A DNA stretch of 64,000 bases from Octopus bimaculoides (taxonomy: Eukaryota): assembly GCF_001194135.2 (NCBI RefSeq), contig NC_068984.1, positions 27,951,721-28,015,720 on the forward strand. Reading direction: 5' to 3'. A model generated the notes under the pieces. It saw nothing but the letters and a program-made list of their open reading frames with translations. It searched no databases and was not told the DNA's origin. A program made the position numbers and the translations under genes. This document shows positions 22,781 to 36,941 of the stretch, piece after piece; position 1 is the first letter of the stretch, and the number at the start of each line of letters is the position of its first letter.

Positions 22781-23205
22781 GGTGCAGGAGTGGCTGTGTG
22801 GTAAGTAGCTTGTTTACCAAAAACATGATTCTAGGTTCAGTCCCCCTGCGTGGCACCTTGGGCAAGTGTCTTCAACTATAGCCTCGGGCTGACCAAAGCC
22901 TTGTGAGTGGATTTGGTAAACGGAAACTGAAAGAAGCCCATCGTATATATATATATACACACACATATATATATATGTGTGTGTGTTTGTGTGTCCGTGT
23001 TTGTCCCCCCCCCCACCATTGCTTGACAACCGATGTTGGTGTGTTCACGTCCCTGTAACTTAGCGGTTCGCCAAAAGAGACCGATAGAATAAGTACTGGG
23101 CTTACAAAGAATACGTACTGTTGTCGATTTGTTTGACTAAAGGCGGCGCTCCAGCACGGCCACAGTCAAATGACTGAAATAAATAAAATAAAAGAAATAA
23201 AAGAA
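22781..23205 (+). mobile_element. CORE-type SINE family C, well preserved
   Basis: GGTGCAGGAGTGGCTGTGTGGTAAG, GGTTCAGTCCC, TGGCACCTTGGGCAAGTGTCTTC, internal (TA)/(TG), stem at 23163-23176. Confidence 0.92.
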
Positions 23206-24089
23206 AAGTGGAGGGAATAGAGAGAGAGGATTGGAAAGGGTGACTGGGTAAGTTTATAATAGTGTGAAACTAGAGTGCCAGATGATTAGACAGAGTGGTT
23301 GAGTGGAATATAGCAAACAGGGAATGAGGTCAGAGTCGTGGCCAATGGTAAATATGAATTTGGGAGAAAAGTTGAGAAAAATAACAAATGATTCAAGAAG
23401 GATTGTGTAGTAAGCAGCATCATAGTAAAAATGAAGAGCAGCAATGTACTAAAACTATAGATGAAAAACAGAGAGATGATGTGTGAGACAGATGGATAAA
23501 GGAGAAGTAAGGGAGAAAGAGACATACAAGGACAGAGATGGAGGTTAGGGGTGCATGGGGAGGAAATAGAGAGTGATGAACAAAGGTAGGGTGACAATAG
23601 AACTATGTATGATAATTTATTGTGGAGTACAGAAGGGTAACCAGATAACTAATATGTTAGAGAATATGGCATATTTGACATACAGTTAAATATTTAAAAC
23701 TTTTTGTTATTTAGATGGCATATTAGGTGATCTTTCCTAAAATTTGGCTCATGCAATAGAAAGAATGGCTCACATTTGTTTTTTTTGTTTTTTTTATTGC
23801 AGAAACTTTAACTACCTGTAGGCTAATGATTATTCTGATCACTACAGATAATTGGCAGGAATTAATGTAAAAAATTAAAGCCTGGAGAGTAATTTTGTTT
23901 GAATACTGCCAGACTTAAAGCTGAAACATTAATTGTTACTGAAGTCTAATGAGTATTGCTATCTATATCATATCTCTTACTGCTTATCAGATTATGTTTA
24001 ATTAGAAACATACTTTAGCTTTTAAAAGAAACTTAAAAATGTTAATCTTTCATAATATCAACAAAATTGTTATGATGAAAAGTTTGTCT

Positions 24090-24350
24090 TTTGAGATTGT
24101 AGAGATGTTAGAGCAGAGGTGAATAGATGTGTGCTATGTATAAGAAGTTTAATGGATGATAGTCTTAGATTCATCACAGTAAAGAAGAATACATACAAGT
24201 CATACATACAAGTTCTTCTGAACGGTTAACATGTTTGATGTGGGCAAAATAGACATATTGTTGGCAAGGAAATAGATAACTAAAGCAACTGAGATAGACA
24301 GAGATTGTCGGTCAGAATAATCAACCATAACTAGTTATAGGGAAACATAG
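24090..24350 (+). mobile_element. Highly decayed RTEX-like AP-endonuclease fragment
   Basis: EIVEMLEQR*IDVCYV*EV*W..SLRFIT.K..YK..ILLA resembles the RTE endonuclease N-terminus (D.C..QE). Confidence 0.5.
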
Positions 24351-27300
24351 CTGTAGGAGCTTAATCTAAGCATATGCACCACAATCATGGTTGACAAAGG
24401 AGCAAAAGAACTATTCTATGAGGACTTCTTGCAGACATCTCACTGCTTCCCATTTTATAGAGCATATAAGCCAAAACGTTGTGTTAACAACAAACAAGAT
24501 GAATACAAATATCCATAAAATGTAAATAATGTAAATAATGTACTCATTTTGTGTTCTATTTTCCTGCATCACTAAACCTAGAATTAATATCAAACTAACA
24601 ACAAGCCACTTGTGTTCTTCCACACCTTGAGAACAAATACACTCTCACTGCATTACCACTTTTCATGTTGCAAATAAATTGTCATTGTAGCATGGTTCAG
24701 GTGATTTTCATAAATGTGTTGGGAATATTTGATTTGATAGTTCGGTGCCCATCCAACTAGTAAGGCAAGAAATGCTATGTATAAAACCCTGAAGCTCAGA
24801 AAAGTGAGGCATGGACTCTTAATCATGTGATTAGTAATTCAGCATCTTAAACTCACAGCTATTCTGCCATGCTGAAATTTAAAAGAAATTTCAAACAATG
24901 TAAATATGAACACTTGCTTTCTCCTCCTCTTCTTCATCATCATTCTATGTCTGTTTCCTGTGTTATTATGAGTTGAATGAGTTTTCAAGATTTCCTGCCT
25001 TCCTAGACAAGTCAGAAAATCATGTCTTGCTCTCAAACATTCAATTTTCAGCTAGGTTTCGTCTTGATGCAATTACTGAGTTCATTTTAATATTGCATCA
25101 ACACTATAGGGGTTGTCATGTTGAAAACAAGTCTAAAGAGTTCTTTTGCTCTACATCATCTTTGCTTGTTGCCAACCACTAACTTCACAGTGTTCTGAGT
25201 GCTTTTCCATCATGGCACCAGCATTAGCGAGGTTGCCTTTTACTCTGGAAGCTCGAAGAGTCTTTAGAACTCTATGATGTGCTCATTTACTCAATATATA
25301 TAGTATTGTTATTCTCTGAATAGTCTTTAATTACATTTCATAGTCCGAGTACATACTGGTCTTTAGATATATACACACAGCAGATTAAATGTAACCTTGG
25401 TAAACTTAGATGAGGATTTTGAAGAGGGGATTTTACCTTGAGATAGCAAAACACCTACAGTTGCGTTGAACTCCAAATCAAGTATTTACACAACGACTTG
25501 AAGAAGCTAACTTAATCATAAATAATATGAATAGTTATTAATTAAAATGTATTGTCAATATCCCATTTATCAAATATAGATGCCTTCAAGTATTGTTAAA
25601 TACCAGAGAGTTTGTATATATTTATCAGGATAATCTTTCTTATGGCTGGCATTATATTTGATTCATATAATAGCATGTTACCTCAGAGGAAAGTAATGAG
25701 CTGCTAGAGTTTGGAATTTGTTGCTGGCATATATGAATGCATGAATAAATCATAGGAAATGAGGTAACTATCAAGATTCAATAAACAAAACAAATAAAAT
25801 AAATACCTGAAATTCCAAAATAAATTTGAATCTGAGAAGTTTCTAAAGATTGAAGAGAAAGCATTGATAATTTCAACATTTTCCTTTTCTTTATTAACTG
25901 TTATTGAGTGTATGCTTGTGCAATGAAGTGCATCAGATCTAAAAGCATAATATTTTCAAATGGTCTTTGATCAGCAGTAAGCTAATGAGATAATTGAAAA
26001 ATAATGCATTAATTGACTGTTGAAGAAAACATCTAAAACAAAAGAATGGAAGAAATGAATGAGTTAATGAAATAATGAAACCACAGCCAGTTCTAAACTA
26101 AAGAATAAAACACAAAAACTAAAATATTTTTAATTAAAGAAATGAAACTTAGGCTTAAGTACCTGATTATATCAAGTCTAAGACCAATTGATATAAAACT
26201 GATTCTAACAAAGTTCTTCATGCAGAAAATTGGTTAGAAATTTTAAGTAGAGAATATTACCAAATGGTAAGATAGCTGAGAGTCAGGTGAAGAAAAGAGA
26301 TATTTATGGAATGAGATGAAAAAATATCCTGAATTCATTTATGCAAAGAAAAGATGATAATGATGACTTGTTACATAGGCACACAAAGCCACAGATTTAA
26401 ATTATAAATCAAATTGTATGACATGCATGAGTGGGGCAGGGATGACTGTTAGAAATATTAGCAAAATGAGATGATTATAGCTTAGAACTGAAATTCTGCT
26501 ACAGTTTTGGTTTGTCTAAAAGATATTTATATTTTCTGGCACTCAATCCAATAAGAATTATATTAATAATTTTTAACATTAGCAAAAATTAACCTATTGG
26601 GGGTGGGAATTTTCTGATGAACTGGCTCAGAATTTTATCACTCTTGCTTCTGACCCCAAAATATGGAAAATAAAGAAGACCCTAGTATGAACTGAACTCA
26701 TAATTTAAAGGGATGTAGCTAAATATTTTACAGGACTTTTTCCAGCCTTGTATTGATTCTGCAAATTTCCTATCCAAGTATTATTAGTAATAATAATATC
26801 AGTGATTTCTTATTCTGACGATAGGCCATGCCCTTGGAGGGAAGACTGTAGTTAGTTTTAATAGGTTTGACTGGTACTTGATTGATCATTCGGAAAGAAA
26901 TCAAAAAAGAAAAAAAAATTTCTTCAGTGGGATTTGTACTCAGAATGTTGAGGGCCAACACTAAATGCTGAATGCTAATTCTTTTGTAATTAAGATAATA
27001 AACAGGCATTACAATGCAAACCAACCAAAAATAAAAGAGAGATGCAGTGTGATATTATATGCAGAGAAGTATGAAATAATAAACTGCAGAGAAATGGAAA
27101 GAGAAGGTGGTGATAGCCACTCAAGAAGGCACAATGCATCTAAAATACCTTGTCATCTTTAGCTTTGGGCAAAAATTCTCCTTATATCATCCTACAGGAA
27201 AGAAATGAAAACTTGACCTGATCACCCACACCATAACTGCCACATATTCAGCTTTTCATGAAGCAGGAAATTCTTTCTCCATTCCAACAATACTCTTTAA

Positions 27301-27721
27301 GAAATACTTTAAAAAATTGATGAGATTTTAATTCAGAAAGAAAAGGTACTTTCAATTTCCTGCACCTTTCTTCATCCATTCATCAAACAGAGGAACATTC
27401 TGAAACATGTTTGTACTGCTCTCCTTCATCCAAAGAATTGTTAATTTACAAACTTCAAATAGCTATTCTACTAATATTTTCCATCTAACAAATAGCAACA
27501 ATCACCTAACAACTGTTTAATATCCTGCCATTGTATCTATCTGCTAGATTTCAGGCTCTGGACATAAAAATTATTTTCAGTGACTAACTTAATTCACTTT
27601 TATAAAAATATTTGCATAGATTCTTTCATTTCTTTACATACAAGTGAGAGACACGATATATAAGATGAATGCAGAAAGCCATGACTCATTGTTTAGTATT
27701 AAGACTAATTCTTGTTCAGTA

Positions 27722-27915
27722 TTTCATCGTCATCATCAGTTAACATTTGTTTTCCATGCCGGCATGGGTTACACAGCTTGACAAAAAGTGGCACCGGGTT
27801 CCATAGTCTGTTTTGGCTTGGTTTCTGAAGCTGGATGCCGTTCCTAATGCCAACCAATTTACAGAATGTACTGGGTGTTTTTTATGTGGCACACACACCA
27901 GTGCTTTTTACATGG
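27722..27915 (-). mobile_element. Family A short copy
   Basis: CATCATCAGTTAACATTTGTTTTCCATGCCGGCATGGG..GCTGGATGCCGTTCCTAATGCCAACC. Confidence 0.75.
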
Positions 27916-28929
27916 AAACAGTACCCTATTATATTTTCAATTTCATTCTAAACGTTTTTGAGATGATTATAAAATACTGGTGCAAACCATTGATTACACT
28001 TTAAAGTTGTAAAAACTTTGAGAATAAGGCAAACTTTCATAGTTAGGGTGATTTTCATATTTTCAATCCCTTATGGAAATATTTACATATTGACCTTTTT
28101 CTATATCTCATCCATATAAATTTAAGCCTTTGCCTATATGTCACATGGTTATTAAAAATACTCGGAAATGTATAAACTATCTGTTGTCTCCAACTAAATG
28201 TCACTAAACTGGAGATAGTTGGTACAATCATAGAACAATGTTATATATTCATCTTTAATTTTTTTTATATTCAAATTTTATTTTGAAGATAACATGATAA
28301 TTATATTTCATGAGGCTAAACAAGTCTTTTAACAAACTCTTTAATCAATTGAATAATCAATCATTTCTCAGAAATGTACAAAAATACTAACAATTTCTCA
28401 TTTTAAATGAGACTTTGATAAGATTGTCATAAGCACTATCATAAAATTTTAAAGGTATGTACTTAGATTCTTTTCTTCTTTCGATATAGTTCAAAACTTT
28501 CCAGGAAATATAAACTTATTTACAAGCAACAAAAGTCAAATTCCTTGAATTCTAACATAGAAAATTAATGAGAGGGAAAATATTCTTCTAATAGTTTATT
28601 CTTGTGATTTATCAAGAAAAGACAATTCTTGCTTATTTGATTTTAAATACTGAATACTATGTCTAACAAAATATGGGTGAAGTTAATTTAGTAACTTTAT
28701 CAGTTGGCATAAATTGTTAAAAGAGAATATATTGAAGAAGTGATAAATCTAAATATTTTTTAAAAATCACTTTTGCTACTTGTTAATGTTACTGCTATTG
28801 ATATCTAATGTAATATCAATAAGTTTTAAAATGTTGAAGACTAATATTTGCGGAATATTGAATTATATTTCTGAAAATTTATTTCAAAACATTTTATATT
28901 ATTTTTAGTTGGAGAGTTGTTGCTAGTGT

Positions 28930-29130
28930 TAGTTTAGCCCCAGGCTAGGTCATTCTTGGGTCAACATACCTATGATCAAAGGGGTTCTGACCATAACCAA
29001 CCATAATCACCTCGTTTCTTTTATATATCTAGGACTACATTTTCTCACATGTCCTTCCATTTTAAAGTGGCCAATATGATAAGGTTTGGGAAATTTAGCT
29101 GTTCTTTCTTCCTGATCAACTGAATGAACA
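28930..29130 (+). repeat. Dispersed repeat family F (unclassified), degenerate; related copies at about 39400-39640, 41010-41395 and partial 41790-41860
   Basis: Shared blocks CTATGATCAAA, CTAGGACTACA, GATTT(G/A)GCTGxTATTTCTAGCA, CCCTCxTTxGCT. Confidence 0.5.
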
Positions 29131-30304
29131 AAGGTTTCTTCAATTGCTTGTATTGTTAGTTCAATTATGTTAGCCATGACTGAATCAATAAAATTCTATG
29201 CAAATACTTATTTCATTTATATCTTATAGTTCTCTACCAGACATTTCTGTCATAATATTCAACTAGCATTAGCTTCAGCCTTTCCATGATCTAGAATACA
29301 AGAAATACATTTATGCTATGGGAAATCCAGTCAACTTACACCCTTCTTCTAAATATATTTACCTGCACATAATCTTTTCTACTCTAGGCACAGGGCCTGG
29401 AATTTTGGAGGAGGGGCCAGTCAGTTGGATTACTCCCAGTGTGCAACTGGTACTTATGATTATCTCTTGGAAATTAACATATGTTGGAGTCATTATAAAC
29501 AGATGACTTATATAGTTTTATTTTTATGATGGTAAACCAAAATTAAGATATGGGAAACTTTTACTTCTGGTTTCTTTATCACTATAAGAGTACAAAAGAA
29601 TTTGATAGGAAAACAAATTGATATCAGATTTAGCTTCAAGCAGGAAAATAATTTAATCAGGTGGTAGTGAAAGCATTTCTTAAGTTGAAGGATGTGCAGT
29701 GTTAAAAAGTTTTAAAATAAGTGATGTATTCAGGATTGATATCATGCTGAGAAACAAATGAAACCTGGATAAATTGAGAATTAGCATTGAGTAGTCGGCA
29801 GTTCAGACACCATCATTTACACAAAACTCTGGCCATAGCATGTTATTTAACTCTCGACAGTTTAATGTAGATAGCAATAAATGGACACTACTGACTGGTT
29901 CTCATAAAAGTAAATGAATGCAAATATATTATTGTCTTCATCAAGATTATCATTATTTTAATGCCTACTTTTCCATGCTTGCCTAGGGCACATTAAAGTA
30001 TGTTGGGCCAGATCAGAGTTTTCTGAAGCTAGATATCCTACGTATACCAACTCCCACTAGTTTCCCAATGGCATAACAATCTTCCATTCTGCCAAACAAC
30101 AAACAGCTAGAAATGTTTATACAGAAAACTGAAAACAAATGACACCATATGAAAGAGCCTTTTGTTTACAAAGATAATGCAATATGTCAAGACATGCTTT
30201 TGTAGTGGATTACAAGCAAATAACATTGCCAGGAAGCCATTGTTTACAAATAAGAGAACGTGAATTAAAGATGAACTCAAACAAACACACACAGAGATAC
30301 ACGT

Positions 30305-30495
30305 ACATTATCATCCTCATCATTTAACGTCCATTGTCCATGCTGGCATGGGTTGGACAGTTTGACCAGGGCTGGCAAGCTGGAAGGCTGCACCAGATTC
30401 CAGTCTGAGTTTGCATGGTTTCTAGTCTTGGATGCCCTTCCTAATGCTAACCACTTTACAGAGTGTACCACATGCTTTTACATGGCACCAGCACA
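30305..30495 (-). mobile_element. Family A short copy
   Basis: CATTTAACGTCCATTGTCCATGCTGGCATGGGTTGGACAG.. Confidence 0.8.
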
Positions 30496-31249
30496 GTTGA
30501 TTTTTAGATGACAACGGCAATATATACACACATACTTAATTATATATCAAAATATGCATTTAGCTTGCCTGATTTCTCCCAAGGTAGACTGTATGAAAAA
30601 GTTTATGGTGGTGCTACTATAACTAAATAGTCCAGACTACTTCTCATAACAAATAGTAGTACAGCTGTATAGCTCTGCATATAAGTGATTGTACGTACAA
30701 GATTTACTGGAAATAGTGTATTTTAGATAAACATTGAAAGACCTGTAGCAGATCCAAAATTTTTTTATATATTTAGATACATGCTGATATATTGATCTAT
30801 ATCTAGATATTTAAAATTTGCTGGATATACATTTATTTTGATAAAGCTTAATTCATTGATAACATTCTATTTGTTTATTTCAGTCATTTCATCATTTGAA
30901 AATTTGTAAAAGATAAACATTTGCATTAGCTGGTGATTATCAATGTGAAGAATTTGTAAACCATTCATAATGCACTCAAAGTTTGCTATAGGCATTGCAT
31001 TTCATTATTAGGAAAGTTATATTTTGAAATGTACTTTATTCTAACAAGGTAAAATATATCTATTAAAATAACTCTGTAGTGTCAAATGATAGAATACATT
31101 TATAATTTTGTTTTAATACCTATTCTATGAAGTTCTGTTTATTTAAGAAACCATATATTAATTGTAAAATAATTAAAGCAGTTCAATGTAAAATTGCTTT
31201 TCCAGCTGTTTGAAGCATTCTGAAATATTTACAAATGTTCTCATAAATT

Positions 31250-31410
31250 ATCTTTTATCTTTTACTTATTAGGTTGTGGCCATGCTAGGGCACTACCTTG
31301 AAGAATTTTAATTGAACAAACCAACCCCAATACTTTTATTTTGTAATCTTGGTACTTATTCTATCAGTGCCTTTTGCTGAACTGCTAAGTCATGGGGATG
31401 TAAACACACT
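31250..31410 (-). mobile_element. 3' part of CORE-type SINE C, degenerate
   Basis: (TCTTTTA)n tail, GTGGCCATGCTAGGGCAC, TACTTATTCTATC. Confidence 0.65.
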
Positions 31411-31775
31411 AATATAAAACTAGAGTACCTGTAGATCTGATGAATTTGTTGAGATTCATTTAGTGTTTAGTTTGAACATCTGTGAAACCATTTGATGTCT
31501 GGAAGAGATGCATGGGTGTGAAGGGAATTATATATATATATATAGAAACATTATTTCTAAAACTCTTAAAGAGAGATATTCGGTAACAGTACTTTGAAGT
31601 AAAGACTATTTGCCAACATAATGTGAGAGATTTAGAAATAATAATGTTTCCATTTATTAGATCAGTGGCTGTGTGTCACTTTGAAAATTATATATTTTTG
31701 AATGAGAATTTAGCAGCACCATCTAACTAAGCATCTACTCTGTGCTGATAAAGGGTAATAACCCAGAAACCAGTA

Positions 31776-31941
31776 CACAGATGTTGCTGTGTGCTGGATG
31801 GGGGTGCTGAGCACCCCTGTTCATAAATATAAAGACACAGATATTGTGTTGTATAGCCAGCTGGAAACGTTTCCTGGGGCTAAACAACAGTAATACATGT
31901 CCTATCCAGGACTACTACATTATGTTGGCAAACAGCCTTTA
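31776..31941 (+). repeat. Dispersed repeat family E with palindrome GGGGTGCT-G-AGCACCCC
   Basis: Matches reverse complement of 18783-18950. Confidence 0.75.
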
Positions 31942-32199
31942 TGTTGCATCACATCACAACAATAAGACAGATCTATCTCACCTCAACAAGCTCTGCTCAC
32001 TTTAACATCATGTCAAGGTACACAAGGGAAGAAAAAATGTTATAACGTTCAAATGGTTCCTGGGTGTATATCTTTAACAAATTCCAGATAAATCACCAAC
32101 ACCCAGATACAGCTCTGTAAAAAATAATGCTTTACTAAAATGGGATATGGTGTCCAAAGTATGACTGCAATACAAAACATCATTAAGGCAGTGGCTGGC

Positions 32200-32400
32200 A
32201 GACTCATTAGCATACCAGACGGTATGTTTTGTGGCATTTTGTTCGTCTTCACATTCTGAATTCAAATTCTGCTGAGGTTGACTTTACTTTCATCCACTCA
32301 GGGTTGATAGAATAAGTAACAGTTGAACACTGGGTCAATGTAATCGACCTGCCCCTTCCCTGAAGTTGCTGGCCTTGTACCAAAATTTGAAACCAGTATG
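32200..32400 (+). mobile_element. SINE family B type b
   Basis: TTCTGAATTCAAATTCTGCTGAGGTTGACTTTACTTTCATCC..GCTGGCCTTGTACCAAAATTTGAAACC. Confidence 0.8.
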
Positions 32401-32478
32401 AAACATCATAAGATGTCTTTTCTAGGTGGGGGTTTAGGTTAGTCATGGCTTAGCTAATTCTGGCTGAAAATAATTTAA

Positions 32479-32698
32479 CCCTTTAGTTACTGTATTTCTG
32501 TAGAGATGCTCCATATTTCTTTCAATTACTTTAAATATAACAAAGAATTTGGTAAAATAATTTAGTTATCATTCAGCTAGTGTTAGGAACATTAAATGCG
32601 AGTAAGGTTTGGTAGAAGATTTTAATTCAGAACTTATGAAAACAAGACATTTGTACTCAGAGCCAGAGCCAGTTTCGGCCGGGTTGGTAATGAAAGGG
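32479..32698. mobile_element. piggyBac-type MITE (220 bp)
   Basis: TTAA at 32475-32478 and 32699-32702; TIR CCCTTTAGTTAC vs CCCTTTCATTAC (10/12). Confidence 0.7.
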
Positions 32699-32885
32699 TT
32701 AAGTGTCTGAGTATCTAAGTTGTGCAATCTGCAAAGACCAGTGGAATAAAGTACATGAAAATAATTAATGAAAATAGGTAATGCTTGGAGTCAAGAATGG
32801 CATCTGGCTGTATAAAACAACCTCAAGAAATTTATGTTCAGTCCATACCCACATTAAAAAGTGGACATAATTATGGTGAAGATGG

Positions 32886-32916
<31 letters not shown>

Positions 32917-33315
32917 ATAGATTATATATTGTACAGACATGCTCTGATGAAACTATCCAACTGTGGATTATTTGTTTGCTGCTCACGAATGAGTGATATC
33001 ATTTATAAATAGAAGGAAACAGAATTTTCTGTGGTATATCTGATTTAATTTCAATTCAACAACAAATCAGAGAATAAGAAAGAAATTAAATAACTGCAAA
33101 TAATATAGCCTGAAGTGTTCTTATACATGTTATCAATAATTGAAGTACATTTAACAGAGAAGTGTCACTAAAAATAAGCCTCTTTCAAAAATTTGATTAA
33201 AACAGGCAGTTTAATGAATTTTTTGTGTAGTACACACACGCATACATGTATACACACACACACACATACACACAACCGCACATACATACATACATATGTG
33301 TGTGTGTATGTATGT

Positions 33316-33364
<49 letters not shown>

Positions 33365-35929
33365 GAGAGACATAAATTGTTTTATGTCAATACTGTAGAT
33401 ATATTTCCATACACATCAGTAAATACACTCATGATGATGAAGATGATGATGATGTTGATGATATACATATGTAGCTATAATATATATGTCCATATACGTT
33501 TGTATACATGTGTGTATATGTCTCTGTGTGTGTATATACATATATACACACACACACATACAGAGATGCAAACATACACACACACACTCATACCCTCACA
33601 CACGCAAACATATATACAACTATAAACGAATGGAAAATTATATGTATTACTCTACTCTATGCAAAGTTTTGTATGTGTAGTTCACCTGTACATGCCTATG
33701 TGTGTTTGTTTATTCATGTGTGAGTATAAGTTTATGTATGTATGTATGAATGTATGTAATAGAGCATTGAAACTATCATAACTTTGATATATTGAAAGGA
33801 ATGAAATCCTAAATTGAAGTTAAATCACACTTTAGCAATCTATCCGATTTGATTTGTCTCTTATTAAATCCAAAGAATCCAATAGCTATCTGCTTTACTT
33901 TATTTTTAATCTGCTATTCACTGGAGCAAGACAAGAGAAACATGCATTTTAATTCAACAAATGCCACAAGGAAGACTTTTTTCAGGTAAAATAACGAATG
34001 TAAATAAACAAAAAAATAATAAAACTGTAATATATTGACATAACTTCCAGTCAAACAAAAATTCATACATTGCATGGGGATCTCATGGAAAACTTTAAAA
34101 ATTATAGATGTTGAGATCAATCATTAGAACTAAAATTAATTTAAGTTTGACTTAAGGAAACCCAATGTGTCACAAGTGCCTAAGTTATTGGGGTACAAAT
34201 ATAACAGAAACAGAATCAATATTTAATATCTTTTCATCGTTAATACCCATACAATACTGTGTACTCTTGAAAGAAACTCAACTCTCACAACCTTAGCACA
34301 CCTAGTTGTAAGTACGGACAGATCGTTGTGAAACTTTGGGGAATACTCTATAAGTGATTTGTTTGAATTCAGTCACAGAAAATGCTCTGTAGTATTTATT
34401 CTTGCTCTTTACATTCTGAGTTCAAACCTTGCTATGGCCAACTTCGTTACCCATCCTTAAAGTGTCAATAAAATAAAGTTCCAGTGAATTACTGAGGTTG
34501 AAGCTACCTCTTCAAAATTGCTGGCCTTGTGCCTCAATCGTTATAATCATTATTTATTGCTGACAGTTTTAAGACCTGTAAAATTTTCCTGTGATTATTC
34601 TCAATGTTTTACGAGTGAAATTGAAGGAATTAATTTTTTGTTTTCATTCTATTTCACACAGGGAACTTTTTGAACATTTTTGAATGCCTAAATCTCAATG
34701 TGGTTAGACAATATAGAATAGTTTTTAAAATATCACTATTTTTCTATCAAGAGCTAAGATAAAAATGGTTTCTTTTTCCTCTGGATATGCTAAGAAAGAG
34801 ATTATAGTAAGTAAAAGCAACGATAACCACCACCACGTAGAAAGAAACAAAGTGTAAAGTAAGTTTAATGAACACACAAGCAACTGGGAGAAAGGAGAAG
34901 AAATAATACTCCACGTACAAAAAACAGCATAATAGCACATTTGTCAACAACAACAAGACACACTTAAATAAGAATCCTTAAATGTTATCTTTCACAAATG
35001 CCTCAGAACAAGAACCTTTCAATGTGGAACATTTTATTGAAGGAAGAAATCTTGGGGGTATTATGATCCTGAGAAAGACACTACTCTATCACATCCCATC
35101 ATAGATGTGCACAAAAGAAGGAAAGTAACATACTTGTGCTTTATCAAAGTCACAAAGTATTCCTTTTTGCTATTCAAGGACGACAGGGAATATGCCTTGG
35201 TCGCTATTTTAAGTGAAATCTCTTTTATTAGAAGAGTAGGGATATATGATATCATGTGTCATTGCCATGGGCAGACATGTCTTAAACAAGACAGGCTTGC
35301 ATTTTGGGAAGAGAAGAACTTTACGAGCTGGAGGTCAGTTCCACCATAACTTTTGATGACATGTGGTCAGGTAGGAATCAGCATAGGCATAAGAGTTCTA
35401 ATGATCCTGCAAGACCATTCAAGGTAGGAAACCTAGCTGTTTCATATGTCACAGTAAAAGTCATTTAAAGACTCTACATAGCAAGAACAAAAATAACAAT
35501 AACCTGAATATATCATGGAGGTTGCCAGTCTGAATGCAACACTAAACACAACTCTGGTGTAGGCAAAAACCAATTTCTCTGTCCTCATTGTTAGCAGCAA
35601 ATCTTGAGATGCAAGAACTGCCCTCCAGCCCCCATCCCAGCCCAAACCAGCATAAACAAAGAAAGTCGCCCACTGCAAGAACAGCAGTGTGAATTAAACA
35701 ATGAGGAAACACCCCTCTATATACACACGCAAATTTCAGAATAGCACCACTACAGTTGTATATGGAGGATGAGAGAACAGATAAAGATGGTAGGAATAAG
35801 CAAAATTCTTAAAGAAAAACCAGATGGAAAAAGACCCAATAAAAAAAATAAAAACAATAAAAAAGCACAAAAAGATATGCACCTGTGAAGAGACACTGTG
35901 CTTGTGTAGATCTGTCAAGCCAAATGAGA

Positions 35930-36160
35930 CCGTAGTCATGGCTGATGCTAGTGTCAGGTCAATAGCACCCATGCTGATGGCATGTAAAAAACATTCACTT
36001 CACTCTTGGAGTGGTTGGCATTTGGAAGGACATCCAGCCATAGAAAACTTGCCAAATCAGATCAGAACCTAGTGCAGCTCCCCAGCTTACCAGTTTTCAG
36101 TCAAACCATCCAACCCATGCCAGCATGGAAAAACAGATGTTAAATCATGATGATGATGAT
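35930..36160 (+). mobile_element. Family A copy
   Basis: ..AACCCATGCCAGCATGGAAAAACAGATGTTAAATC(ATG)n. Confidence 0.75.
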
Positions 36161-36204
36161 AAGGATTATTGTCATCATCACCATCACCATCAGCAGTATT
36201 GTCA

Positions 36205-36733
36205 TTATCATTATTATTATTATTATTGAAGACATCACACAGTATCCAATATTGCGATGTAGATTGAAGGTATTGTGTGTACCAAATTGTGTACAACAAG
36301 GATCTCAGACAGACAACAATTTATAAAGTGTGCATGCAGTTCCCAGTAAATTCAATGCTTACAATACACCAAGATTGTAGGGTATTTCTAAAGTGTCCCG
36401 GCTGGGTGGTATTGGACCCAATGCTCCAATAACAAGAACAACCTCTATGTTTGACTCTTGCAGCTGCCATATTTTGGCTATCTCAATTTTCAGGTCTCCA
36501 TGTTCATCAATCCGTTCCCTTTCTTTCATAACAATATGTTGATCACCTGACACTGCCACATCAATCATTAGACACTCTTGCTTGTCCCTCTTAAAGGCTA
36601 CTATATACAGCCTTCCATGATCTTACACCTTATCTGTCTAGAAGTCAAAGTCCCAGAGGATCTTTGCCTTCTCATTTTCATTCAGGATCTTTGCCTTCCT
36701 GATTTTGTTCAGGATCTTTGCCTTCCCAATTTT
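36205..36733 (-). mobile_element. 5'-truncated R4/Dong-like RLE retrotransposon with (AAT)n tail
   Basis: ENEKAKILWDFDF*TDKV*DHGRLYIVAFKRDKQECLMIDVAVSGDQHIVMKERERIDEHGDLKIEIAKIWQL..VVLVIGALGPIP..LLGTA; (TTA)n at 36205-36226 on + strand. Confidence 0.85.
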
Positions 36734-36941
36734 GGCAACCAGTTGGCAGAATTGTTAGCATGCTGGGCAAAATACTTGGCAGCATTTTGTCGATTTTTAC
36801 ATTCTGAGTTCAAATTTTGTCAAAGCCAACTTTATCTTTAATCCTTTTGTTGATAAAATATGTACCATTTGAGTATTGGGGTCAATGAAATTGACTAACC
36901 ACCTCTCCTGAAATTGCTGGCCTTGTGACAAAATTTGAAAC

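Noticed and set aside
30885-31028. Acceptor/donor-bounded segment
   Set aside because: Stops in all three frames; signals are common in AT-rich DNA.
35040-35700. Possible LTR-retrotransposon integrase remnant (RPFKV resembling GPF/Y)
   Set aside because: Single weak motif, no RT/RNase H/integrase core or LTRs found.
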